NCBI GenBank assembly: GCA_963665115.1
Contig: OY762007.1
Location: forward strand, 7,232,001-7,296,000
Source of the DNA: an uncultured Rivularia sp.
Lineage (GTDB): Bacteria; Cyanobacteriota; Cyanobacteriia; Cyanobacteriales; Nostocaceae
Reading direction: 5' to 3'
Length of the DNA stretch: 64,000 nucleotides
Part shown: piece by piece, positions 11,001-20,950 of the stretch
How positions within the stretch are numbered: position 1 is the stretch's first letter
Layout: each line of letters begins with the position of its first letter
Position numbers and translations under genes: made by a program
The notes under the pieces: model-generated
Database searches by the model: none
Told to the model about the DNA's origin: nothing
Seen by the model: the letters and a program-made list of their open reading frames with translations, nothing else

Positions 11001-12249
11001 TTCATCTTCACCCGAATCTTCAACAGAATCCTCAATTGGTACGAAACTTGTATTTATAGGTTCGCCAACTTCGGAATAATCTTGACTTGGTATTTCAACT
11101 GTATCCGAGGTATCCCGCTCCGGATAATCCCACACCAAATCGCTCAAATCGTTGATAAACTCTTGTTCCGAAGCATTAACAGTTTCGTCTTGGACTTCTT
11201 CTGTTTCATCCTCCCATAACAATTCTCCTAAATTGCGTACCAAATTTTGCCCAGGAGTGACTTGTTCGGGTACGGAAGGTATTTCAGGTTGTTCAACGAA
11301 ATCTTCTTCTAAATCTTCTTCGTACTCAAATACCCGTTCTTCTACACCGTGAGAAAATTCGGATACTTGTCCATTAGTACTTTCAAAGGTTACAGGTTCT
11401 TCTAACTGTTCTTCAACTAAATCTTCTTCCGACTCAAATACCTGTTCGTATAAACGATAGGATAATTCTTCTTCTAATGCTGCGTTATTAGTATTTTCAA
11501 GGGCTTCCGTTTCTTCTTCATACTCAAATACTTGTTCGTACAGAGCATCAGGAAACTGTTCTAAAGATGCCGGGATATTACTTGCAGGGACAAACGTTGT
11601 TTCAGATGGTTCGTAATCTTCCCATAATAATTCGCCAAATTCTTTAATTAACTCTTGCCCAGGAGAATCCGCTTCATAATTTGGGATCTCGAATTCACCA
11701 TCCACCGCAATTGATTCAATTATCGGTTCCTCTTCACTATCAACCCCAAATGGTTCAATAATGAATTCTTCCGATAGGGGTGAAGCGGGAGCTAGCCCTT
11801 CAGATTCGGTAGAAATCGGAATGGAATAAACTGGTTGCTGCTTTGAATTGCGAGTTAATAGCTGCACCCCAATATCGTAAGCAACATCTCCTATATCTCC
11901 AATTTCGAGTTCCCCCAACTCCACCATTCTCGAAGCCAACTCGTAATTCGGAGCCGATGAAGCTAATATTTTGTTACCAAACTGGCCCCAACCATTCCAA
12001 CCAACGCCGCTGAGAAACGCGATGTTCGATATTTTGCAGCCACCTTTGTGCCCAGTGTTGTCCTCGCGCTTGATGTACGCCCTCAAGAAGTTGGGTAAAC
12101 AAAAATTCCAGATCCGAATTCGTCAGTTCTGGTAACTCCCTAACGGCGTGCATCTCCTTCTGTTTCGTCGAAGGAGTCTGCTTACCACCAAAAATATCCT
12201 GAATAAACTTTATGAACCTCTGCACTAGCCGCCTGAGCATCTGCTGCAT
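8100..12249 (-). CDS. Large N-terminal helical domain / acidic linker / TPR array / CHAT (caspase-HetF) domain protein, split by a +1 base at about 11986-11989
   Basis: Multiple TPRs (W..RG..L..LG..E.A..SYDKALE); CHAT motifs LILIPHRDLHRFPLH, NSLWRV, HPYYWAAF; ORF 11974-12249 joins ORF 8100-12086 in frame if one C is removed, restoring collinearity with the neighbouring paralog. Confidence 0.8.
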
Positions 12250-12643
12250 TGTAAAATATAGTTCACATCGAATTTTAACGAGCGCAATCTAAAAAAAGAA
12301 TAATTACGTAATAGGCTACCAAAGTATGTGAACTTTTCTACAAATGCAGCCAATTACGTTCGTAAAAATTCAGCATCGTAATAAATCAACGCCGATCTTT
12401 AGGAACACCCGCCAAAATATCAATTTGTGGAATTAGAAGTAACATTGCTACTTCTGAGATAACTTAACAAAATTTCCGGAAAATAACTTGCTAGACAAGA
12501 TACCCTTTGCAAACAAAATAAAGTGACCCAAAAATTCCGTATACATAAGAACAATATTGACCATTAAAACGCTCAATTTTTAGAACATATTAAGGTATAA
12601 AAGTCAAATATAATGGTCATCAATAATAATATTTGTGCGCGTA

Positions 12644-13327
12644 TTATCCAGCGGTATGGTGTTGATTAACTAAAGCCTGAACGATAACTTCTGGATCGTC
12701 TGTTTCAATTCCCAGTTGTTCGGCAATTTGCGCTCTCAAGCTTACGTCATCTTGCATCAAGTCCATTAACTCTTCAAGAGTGATGGTTTGATATTCCCCT
12801 TCTGCATCGGTTTCGGCTTGTGGAGCTTGTCCTGCTTGAACCAAACTTTCTTCACGGACAGCAGGTTCTACTTGAGCATCAGGTCCTTCATACTCCCATA
12901 TAGGTTCTACTTGGTTGCGCGTTAGCAATCGCATCCCGATATCGTAAGCAGCATTAGAAACTTCGCCAACTCCCAACTCTCCTAACCGTACCAATCGAGA
13001 AGCCAATTCATTATTTGGCGTTGGTGCAGCTAACAGCTTATCGCCAAATTTTTTCAACCATTCCACCCAACGTTGTTGAGGAACTCTATGTTCAATATTA
13101 TCCAACCATTTCTGCACCCAAGCTTCTCCCCGTGCTTGATGAACTCCTTCCAACAGTTCCGCAAACAGAAACTCCAAATCGGTATCGTTTAAAGGAGGTG
13201 GTGGTGACGAAGAAGAGCTATGTGAAGAACTATTCCTATCCGAAGAAATTTGCTGCTTTTTACCAAATAGCCCTTGAAAAAACTTTTTGAACCATTGAAC
13301 GAGCCTTTTTAGCATAAGGGCACCCAC
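12644..13327 (-). CDS. Stand-alone paralog of the N-terminal domain of the adjacent TPR-CHAT protein
   Basis: Shared DLEFLF.(E/Q)LLEGVHQARG, NIEHRV, FG.K.LA...PN.ELASR, YDIG..LLTRN. Confidence 0.8.
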   Translation of the reverse strand: MGALMLKRLVQWFKKFFQGLFGKKQQISSDRNSSSHSSSSSPPPPLNDTDLEFLFAELLEGVHQARGEAWVQKWLDNIEHRVPQQRWVEWLKKFGDKLLAAPTPNNELASRLVRLGELGVGEVSNAAYDIGMRLLTRNQVEPIWEYEGPDAQVEPAVREESLVQAGQAPQAETDAEGEYQTITLEELMDLMQDDVSLRAQIAEQLGIETDDPEVIVQALVNQHHTAG

Positions 13328-13451
13328 AGCGTATTAATTACCATAAGATTGTAGCTACTTGTAACGCATTTTCTCTAAGTATTTGTTTTTTTTAAGATAC
13401 AAATTTTACTAATCACGGAATAGGGAATGGGGAATGGGGGATTGGGGATTG

Positions 13452-13740
13452 GGAATAGTTAGGAGTAGGGAGTAGGGAGTAGGGAGTAGAGAGTAGAGAG
13501 TAGAGAGTAGGGAGTAGGGAGTAGGAAGTAGGGAGTAGGGAGTAGGAAGTAGGGAGTAGGAAGTAGGGAGTAGGAAGTAGGAAGTAGGGAGTAGGGAGTA
13601 GCAAGTAAATCACTTTTTTATTATTGTCATAAATGTCGGTACTTCTGCCCGTCTATTTTTACTCGCTACTCATTACTCATTACTCATTACTCATTACTCA
13701 TTACTTACTACTCACTACTCACTACTTTAATAATGTCCCC
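13452..13740. repeat. Composite STRR-armed element, copy 1
   Basis: GGAATAGTTAGGAGT-(GGGAGTA/GAGAGTA)n - conserved core - (TCATTAC)n-CACTACTTTAATAAT; direct repeat of 15902-16067. Confidence 0.8.
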
Positions 13741-13844
13741 TTGTCTCCCCATCTCCCCATCTCCATTTCCTTAAATTACAAATTAACAATTAAAATAGTT
13801 AAACCCCCGTCAGGGGGGAAAGCTTTCACAGCGCTGTCTCTTCC

Positions 13845-15861
13845 ATGTCTTACGAACCGCTACATCATAAGTATCGCCCGAAAACTTTTGCCGAATTAGT
13901 TGGGCAACAGGCGATCGCCACTACTCTTACCAATGCAATTAATACTCTGAAAATTGCTCCGGCTTATCTATTTACTGGCCCTCGGGGGACGGGTAAAACT
14001 TCTAGTGCGCGGATTTTGGCGAAATCACTTAATTGTATTAACAGCGATAAGCCTACGCCGCAGCCTTGTGGAAAGTGTAACGTTTGTCAAGAAATTAGTC
14101 GGGGTACCACTTTAGATGTAATTGAAATTGACGCTGCTAGTAATACGGGTGTTGATAATATTCGAGAAATTATCGACAGAGCGCAATTTGCCCCGGTTCA
14201 GTGCCGCTACAAGGTTTACGTGGTTGATGAATGCCATATGCTTAGTACTCAAGCGTTCAATGCGCTACTCAAGACATTAGAGGAACCACCGAAGCACGTC
14301 GTCTTTGTTCTCGCTACAACAGACCCCGCAAAGAGTACTACCAACAATTATTTCGCGCTGCCAAAGGTTTGATTTTAGACGCATTCCTATAGATGCTATG
14401 GTGCAGCATTTAAGCGAGATTGCCAAAATTGAAAATATCAATATTACACAAGAAGCCGTTACTTTAGTTGCTCAAGTCGCCCAAGGAGGATTGCGAGACG
14501 CTGAAAGTCTTCTAGATCAATTGGGTTTGTTATCGGGTGAAGTAACTCCTGAAAAAGTTTGGGATTTAGTTGGCTCGGTAAGCGAACAGGATTTATTAGA
14601 TTTATTAAAAGCAATAGTTACAGATAACTCCGAAGCCGTAATTGACAGTACCCGCGAAATATTAGACCGTGGAAGAGAACCTTTAATCATTCTGCAAAAT
14701 CTGGCTTCTTTCTACCGCGATTTACTCATAGCCAAAACTGCACCACTACGCCACGATTTGGTTGCTTGCACTCAAGGTATGTGGAAAGTATTGATAGATA
14801 TTGCTCAAAACCTGGAAATAACAATGATTTTGCACGGACAGCAGCATCTACGCACCGCTGAAGTACAAATCAAAAACACCACTCAACCGCGCTTATGGCT
14901 GGAAGTAACTTTACTGGGATTATTACCATCAGCAAATATCCCCACAGCGCCAGCTACTAGCTACAAACAAAACGCACCCAAATTTCCCTCAAACCCAGCC
15001 AACACAATCGATCGTACAGCTACCACAACCCCCCAAGTACAGCAAACACCACCTACAGTACCACCCTCTCATCCACCCGCTTCCACAAACACACAAACTC
15101 CAAAACAACCACAAAACGGAACAAGAACACAAGCAGTTTCTCCCCCCTCTACCCCCTCTACCCCCTCTACCCCCTCTACCCCCTCTAATCCTTCTCCCCC
15201 CTCCTCCCCACCTAATCCTTCTCCCCCTCCCTCCCCATCTCCACAAGGCAACCTCAACGAACTCTGGCAGCGGGTACTCACCAACCTCATACCAGTTTCT
15301 CGAAGAGAACTACTGCGTCAGATGTGCCATATCGTAGAATTTAACGGTTCTGTAGCTCGCGTTGCTGTCAAAGAGAAATGGTATGACAAAGTTAAAGAAG
15401 AGAAATCTAAAATTCAAACAGCATTTCAAGTAACTTTCAATAGTGACATCGAAGTAAATTTAGAAATTGCAAACTCTAATTCTTCTGCGGCAACTCCAAC
15501 AGTACAGCAACAGCAGAAAGTTACACCTACACAAGCAGCACCACAACCGGCACCACAACCCCTTCCATCTCCTACACCAGAAAACACACAACCACCATCA
15601 TCATCAACCCCAGCAGTTCAACCAGCAGCAGCAGTAAAAAATACCACCGCTCCCCCTCCGCAAACAACTTCTACAGCACTTCAACCAACCCCAATAGCAG
15701 AAGATCCAGAAGCTTCGGAACTGATGAAAGCAGCTCAACGTTTAGCAGATGCATTAGACGGAGAGATTATTCAATTAAACGAAGAAAATAAAGAAATATC
15801 CGACGAACCAATTGGCTCATCGGAATTAGAAGAAATTGAAGACTATGATGTTGAGTTTTAA
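13845..15861 (+). CDS. dnaX: DNA polymerase III subunit gamma/tau, split by a +1 C at about 14324-14327
   Basis: LHHKYRPKTF, GPRGTGKTS, Zn-binding cysteines, EIDAAS, DECHML, then SRCQRFDF in the second frame. Confidence 0.92.
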
Positions 15862-15901
15862 TGATTGGTAATTGGTAATTGGGGATTGGGCATGGGGCAT
15901 T

Positions 15902-16067
15902 GGAATAGTTAGGAGTTATGAGTAAAGAGTAGAGAGTAGAGAGTAGAGAGTAGAGAGTGGCAAATAAATCACTTTTTATTCTCATTGTCATAAATGTCGC
16001 TGCCGTAGAGGCATCTATTCTTACTCGCTACTTATTACTCATTACTCACTACTTTAATAATCTCCCC
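15902..16067. repeat. Composite STRR-armed element, copy 2
   Basis: Same termini and core as 13452-13740, with fewer heptamer units. Confidence 0.8.
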
Positions 16068-16068
16068 A

Positions 16069-17472
16069 TCACTCACCTTGACGTAAGGTTTTCACCCACT
16101 TTAGGCGCTTGGGAAGTACTGACATCCGAGCAGTGGTGGTGCTTATGACTGCTATCCAATGGAACATAAATAAAATGCCCCGCAGGCTTTGTAGCAACAA
16201 AATTAAATAGGCATAACTTCTAATTGTTTTATTTTTATGTATCCGCCTAAGACCGGCAAACATTCCTAAAAATGATACTGTTACTGTCATCCCGGTTAAT
16301 GGACTTAAAATCGGTAGCCGATGACGGGCGATCGCCATTAAAAAATCTGGTATTGCTGCGGTGGGAATGATGTACTGCATCAATACAAAATTGATTAATA
16401 CTTCAAAGGTTTTCCACGTACCCATGCGGTTACGCAGAATTAAGTCCCAATAGTCGAGATAGCGCTGATATCCTCCTTCTGCCCAACGATTGCGCTGATG
16501 CCAAAGAGATGTTGCATTCGTAACGCCTTCTTCTCTAACTACCGGAAAATATACGCATTCAATATCCCATTTATCGAGATGCAGACGGAGCGTTAAATCT
16601 AAATCGTCGGTGATAGTTTCTTCATTCCATCCGCCACAACTATATAAAGCTTTACGGCGAACAAATTGACCGTTACCACGTAATTCACCAATACCATTTC
16701 TCAAACTTCGCTTTCGCTGGAAAAAGGTATCAACACCCATTTCAGCCATTTGACCTTTTGTGAAAAAATTAGTTGAAGCATTAGCGATTTCTTTTCGCAA
16801 CTGTACCGCTCCAACGTTATCTCGCTGAAATACAGGTATGGTTCGCAGCAAAATATCTGACGCAACTTGAGCATCAGCATCAAATACAGCGACGACTTCA
16901 CCCTTAGTTAGCGGTAGCACTTGGTTTAATGCTCCCGACTTACCACCAGTAGCACCGGGTTTTCGGCGGAATACTTTTAAATTTTCGTATTGATTTGCTA
17001 GTTCGCATAGCAATTGTGGTGTTTTGTCGCTGCTATTATCGTCAACTATCCAGACTTCATACCCTTCGTCTGGATATTCCAAATTGCAAAGGTTGTTTAC
17101 TAAATTGCTAATTACTAATTCTTCATTTTTTGCTGCAACTAACAAAGAGACAAAAGGTAAATCGCCGATCTCTTCTTCATCTACATGACGAGGCTTGGCA
17201 AATACAATCACCAGAGAATGAAGACCAACAACGGTAGCTAACCCTAATACAAATAAAGACCCCCAAGAAACTAGGTGCAAAGCAATCGTACCGCTCCAGA
17301 CCATTGTCAGAACTACAGCAGCTTTGCGCCTACGACCTTGAAACCGGGAAGGAACAGACAATTCTTGCGATTTTTGTTCTTCTAACTCTACATTTACCGA
17401 GATATCGGCAAATATCGAGTTCAGGGAATCAAGTTCGTTATAATCTTTTTCGGGCCAGGAATTCGCTGGCAT
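16069..17472 (-). CDS. mgdA: GT2 glycosyltransferase, beta-monoglucosyldiacylglycerol synthase
   Basis: MPANSWP..., RFQGRRRKAAVVL N-terminus typical of cyanobacterial MgdA; DAD, TDD and QRNRW GT2 motifs. Confidence 0.8.
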   Translation of the reverse strand: MPANSWPEKDYNELDSLNSIFADISVNVELEEQKSQELSVPSRFQGRRRKAAVVLTMVWSGTIALHLVSWGSLFVLGLATVVGLHSLVIVFAKPRHVDEEEIGDLPFVSLLVAAKNEELVISNLVNNLCNLEYPDEGYEVWIVDDNSSDKTPQLLCELANQYENLKVFRRKPGATGGKSGALNQVLPLTKGEVVAVFDADAQVASDILLRTIPVFQRDNVGAVQLRKEIANASTNFFTKGQMAEMGVDTFFQRKRSLRNGIGELRGNGQFVRRKALYSCGGWNEETITDDLDLTLRLHLDKWDIECVYFPVVREEGVTNATSLWHQRNRWAEGGYQRYLDYWDLILRNRMGTWKTFEVLINFVLMQYIIPTAAIPDFLMAIARHRLPILSPLTGMTVTVSFLGMFAGLRRIHKNKTIRSYAYLILLLQSLRGILFMFHWIAVISTTTARMSVLPKRLKWVKTLRQGE

Positions 17473-18071
17473 AGTTTACTTAATTTGAATGCAATTAATT
17501 TTATACAAAAATGCTGTGAAGCTAGTTTGGGATAACGCTACACTTTCACTGCGTTGGCTAAACCAATAGCTTAGTTTAAGACTGGTGGCATTTCTCCACC
17601 GAAGAACGTCTTGCAATAAAACTCATGAATTTGTCGGGTAATATCGCAATCCTACTAATTGGTTGTCAAGATAATCTTGCGAAAGCGTTGTTATCGCTTA
17701 AAAAATTATCATGACTGCATTTGCCTTACTTAAAAGGAATTGTCCGTCATTTTACCCCAGCCTCATAAGAAGTCAATGCAGCCTCATTGTAACCGACAAT
17801 TTCACATCAGTTACCAGCTAGCAGTGACCAGTTGTGAGTTAGGAGGCTCGGAGTAAGTAGCGAGTTGAAAGTTTCTTATAAATTACCAACAATATTTTCT
17901 TTTTATCTCTGTTGCTCAATCTTCCATTCCGACTCATTACTCATTACTTGTCTCCTTGTCTCCCTATTACCCCGCTCAAATAAATATAGTGTAATTTTCA
18001 CAAAGAACTTGGGAATACTATGTATATCTACCAAGATTATAAATTCTCAAATAACTTAAGGAATATATTGT

Positions 18072-18449
18072 ATGTCAGCATTTGAGCAACTTCAGCCTGC
18101 TACTCCTCAACAAGCGAGCGTGTACTTACCTTACGTTCAAAGTGGTAAGCGGAATTTTCTACCTTATGCTATCGGGCTTTATCGAAAAGGGGTTCTTGAA
18201 GGAAATCGTAAAATAGAAAGCAGTGAAAGCATTCCTTTCATCGCGACTTGGAATATTGCCACTCTCCCCTCAGACTTAACTCGTTGTCGAATGCAGTTTG
18301 ATGGTAATGCCGAACTGAGTTATGAAGTAATGATGGCAAGTTTTGAGTTTATAAATTTTTTAGTAGAAATACTTGAAAACTATAAGCGTCAACGCATGAC
18401 TGATTTCTCTCAATCGTTTTATCGCAAGCTGCTGCGTCTGGAAGATTAA
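18072..18449 (+). CDS. ebsA: Type IV pilus biogenesis protein EbsA
   Basis: QLQPA...VYLPY, LPYAI.LY.KG.LEG.R.IE, LPSDLTRCRMQFD pattern. Confidence 0.75.
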   Translation: MSAFEQLQPATPQQASVYLPYVQSGKRNFLPYAIGLYRKGVLEGNRKIESSESIPFIATWNIATLPSDLTRCRMQFDGNAELSYEVMMASFEFINFLVEILENYKRQRMTDFSQSFYRKLLRLED

Positions 18450-18890
18450 CTTATCCTTAAATATTAGACAGTTATTCACTGTATCAAAACAACTAGCTAT
18501 GGGGAAAAGGATTTTATTCTTTTCCTCTATTTTTATGAAATTTAACGAAGGGGAAGGGGAAAACTTTTAGTAGTTTTTATTTCGCCACGAGAACACTCAT
18601 CTAATTTCTTAGAGCGATCGCATCTGTATTGCCCAACTATTAACTAATTCTAGATAAATTATAAAGAAGCCGGATATTCGACCTAAAATTAGAGAACGCC
18701 CAAACAGTTTTTTAGGCTACTAGTGGTTTGTCCCATTAAATTTGACGTAGAACTTATCAAAACTAATAGGACAAAGCATTAGTAATCAATTGTTCAAATA
18801 TGGTGCCAAGAGCCAGATAATTGGCTAATGGTTGAGATACCAAGCACTAATCGTAGAATTTTTTATACAGTTAAAATTAGGAGTGCGTGC

Positions 18891-19985
18891 GTGCCGAAAT
18901 CCCCTAAGTATTTACTGATTGGGTCAACCGAGGCTTCCAGCGGTAAATCAGCAACTATATTAGGTTTGTCTAATCAATTACATCAAACAGGACTTAATAT
19001 TGCTTATGGCAAACCTCTTGGTAAGTCTTTGAGAGAATCTGAAGGAAGCTTGATTGAGGAAGATGTTGAGTTTATTACCCGAAGCCTTAATCTTGAACCC
19101 AACCAAGTAGCACCTACAGTACTTGCTTTAAACGAAACTACGCTACAACAACGCCTTTCGGGCGAAGACACAACCGATTATCAGCAGTCCCTTGCAAGCG
19201 AATATCTACAAGAGTGCTTGGGCGATTTAGTTTTGCTAGAAGGCCCAGCTAATTTATCTGAAGGTCATTTGTTCGATTTGTCTTTAATGCAAGTCGCTGA
19301 TGCGTTAGATGCTGGCGTTATTCTGGTATTTCGCTATAAATCTTTGCTTTCTATTGAAGCATTATTATTTGCTAAACAGCTAGTTGGCGAACGCTTGATT
19401 GGTGTTGTAATCAACGATGTGCCCGCAGAGCATTTGCAAGCTGTTAGTAATACCATGCGTCCTTTTTTAGAACAGCAAAGCATAGCCGTCTTAGGTATAT
19501 TGCCCAAAAGTAACTTACTACGTAGCATTACCGTGCGCGAATTAGTTCATCAACTCAATGCTCAAGTTTTATGTCGTGGCGATCGCCTTAATTTATTAGT
19601 CGAAAGTCTGGCAATTGGTGCGATGAATGTTAATGCTGCGGTCAAGTATTTTCGCAAACGTCAAAATATGGCAGTAGTTACGGGTGGAGATAGAGTTGAA
19701 ATTCAGCAGGCAGCTTTGGAAACTTCTACTCAATGTCTGATTCTCACTGGACAGTTACCACCTCCATCTTTTATTCTCAGTCGTGCGGAAGAATTAGAAG
19801 TTCCGATTCTTTCTGTAGATTTAGATACTCTTAGCACTGTAGAAATTATTGAGCGTGCTTTCGGTCAAGTTGGCGTACATGAACCCATTAAAGTCGAATG
19901 CGTTCGTCATTTGATGACCGAACATTTTGACATCAATCGTTTACTAACTTTAATGGATTTGAGTCCGGCAACAACGGTATCGTAA
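18891..19985 (+). CDS. Phosphotransacetylase-family (BioD-like N-terminal + DRTGG domain) protein
   Basis: GSTEASSGKS, YGKP, LLEG, GAMNV, VTGGDR, LILTG; GTG start at 18891 likely. Confidence 0.8.
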   Translation: MPKSPKYLLIGSTEASSGKSATILGLSNQLHQTGLNIAYGKPLGKSLRESEGSLIEEDVEFITRSLNLEPNQVAPTVLALNETTLQQRLSGEDTTDYQQSLASEYLQECLGDLVLLEGPANLSEGHLFDLSLMQVADALDAGVILVFRYKSLLSIEALLFAKQLVGERLIGVVINDVPAEHLQAVSNTMRPFLEQQSIAVLGILPKSNLLRSITVRELVHQLNAQVLCRGDRLNLLVESLAIGAMNVNAAVKYFRKRQNMAVVTGGDRVEIQQAALETSTQCLILTGQLPPPSFILSRAEELEVPILSVDLDTLSTVEIIERAFGQVGVHEPIKVECVRHLMTEHFDINRLLTLMDLSPATTVS

Positions 19986-20036
19986 ATAATTTATACGTTA
20001 ATTTTCCGAATCACCGAGTAGATTTTTAAGGGTTTG

Positions 20037-20095
20037 AAGCCCCCGGATTTATCCGTGGATTATACTCTGTCGAAGCCCCTAAATTCATTTATGGG
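20037..20095. mobile_element. IS200/IS605-like end palindrome remnant (CCCGGATTTATCCGTGG); inverted copy at about 37447-37469
   Basis: Hairpin CGGATTTATCCG present twice in the window, plus a degenerate second unit GAAGCCCCTAAATTCATTTATGGG. Confidence 0.5.
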
Positions 20096-20190
20096 AAATT
20101 AATTACGAATTACGAATTACGAATTACGAATTATATTCACACACCCGGTTTTTTATAAACTGGGTTTTTCAACTAAAATTCCGATCGCCT

Positions 20191-20556
20191 TTATTTAAAG
20201 CGATCGATCGCCACGTAATGCATAAAAAGCCCCAATCCCCAGCCTGAGATCGGATAAATTGCCCAAAAATCACGGGGAGTTGTCGCTAAATTCAGCACCA
20301 CTAAGAATGCATTTACTGCTACAAATGAAATTAAATGAGCTTTAAATCCTCGACGCATAATTTTACGACGAGCTTCTTTTTCTTTGCTTGCTTTGGCTTG
20401 AATTGACCATTCTTGTTCTGCTGTCTGAAGCAAATCCGCAGAAATTCCTAACTCTATGGCCATTTCTGAAAGCTGTTTTGAGGAAAATGATTCCTCCTGC
20501 TTGTGTGCCATTGCTAGCTGAAGAATTTTTTGTACGTCATCCGAACTATAAGCCAT
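20191..20556 (-). CDS. 2TM domain-containing protein
   Basis: YS.DDVQKILQLA, L.EMA.ELGIS, F..HL.SFV.VN.FL..LNL, WAIYP..GWGLGL..H. Confidence 0.8.
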   Translation of the reverse strand: MAYSSDDVQKILQLAMAHKQEESFSSKQLSEMAIELGISADLLQTAEQEWSIQAKASKEKEARRKIMRRGFKAHLISFVAVNAFLVVLNLATTPRDFWAIYPISGWGLGLFMHYVAIDRFK

Positions 20557-20668
20557 TTTAAATATCTCCTAAAGGGATTCATTGGTTTTTTAAGCGGTTC
20601 AAGCTTCATGCTGACTTGAAATGCTGCAAAAAGCGGTAAGCAGCGAACGAAAATCCTTAAAACCCTAT

Positions 20669-20854
20669 CTATGTGGCATTCCCCACACGCTGACGCGCAG
20701 CTTCCTTTTTGCTTGTCACAGGCATATGGTTGGTTGCAGCGGCTAATCCAAAAATCGGCATATTTCCATAAATTGCTTCGTAATTTCCTGGATTGATTAA
20801 ATAAGTTTCGTGCCAAATTCCAACGCTACCATCAGCACCCATAACTCGATTAAA
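20669..20854 (-). pseudogene. C-terminal remnant of a DUF4188 (monooxygenase af470-like) gene
   Basis: Hand translation FNRVMGADGSVGIWHETYLINPGNYEAIYGNMPIFGLAAATNH...*; in-frame TAG immediately upstream; divergent from padR. Confidence 0.7.
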
Positions 20855-20887
20855 CTAAATCGAGTATTCCCTGAAGTTTTAAACTAC

Positions 20888-20931
20888 TATGCAACTAATT
20901 GCATAATAACTAATATGCACTAAATTGCATA
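20888..20931. promoter_or_regulatory. Two tandem TATGCA-N6-TGCATA palindromes, probable PadR operators
   Basis: TATGCAACTAATTGCATA (20888-20905) and TATGCACTAAATTGCATA (20914-20931) just upstream of padR. Confidence 0.65.
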
Positions 20932-20950
20932 TAAAAAAAGGTTAAGAATT

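Noticed and set aside
13413..13899. ORFs 13413-13613 and 13633-13899 (also 15767-15991, 15957-16148, 32274-32462)
   Set aside because: These are translations of heptamer/nonamer STRR tracts, not credible proteins.
14225..14245. DnaX intein
   Set aside because: The known cyanobacterial insertion site (DE/CH) reads continuously VDECHMLS, so this allele has no intein.
20200..20211. GCGATCGATCGC (HIP1 with a duplicated GATC), similar at about 50273
   Set aside because: Only two instances, and no demonstrable consequence from this window alone.
20514..20816. 100-aa Cys-rich ORF
   Set aside because: A different frame on the same strand carries the recognisable DUF4188 fragment.
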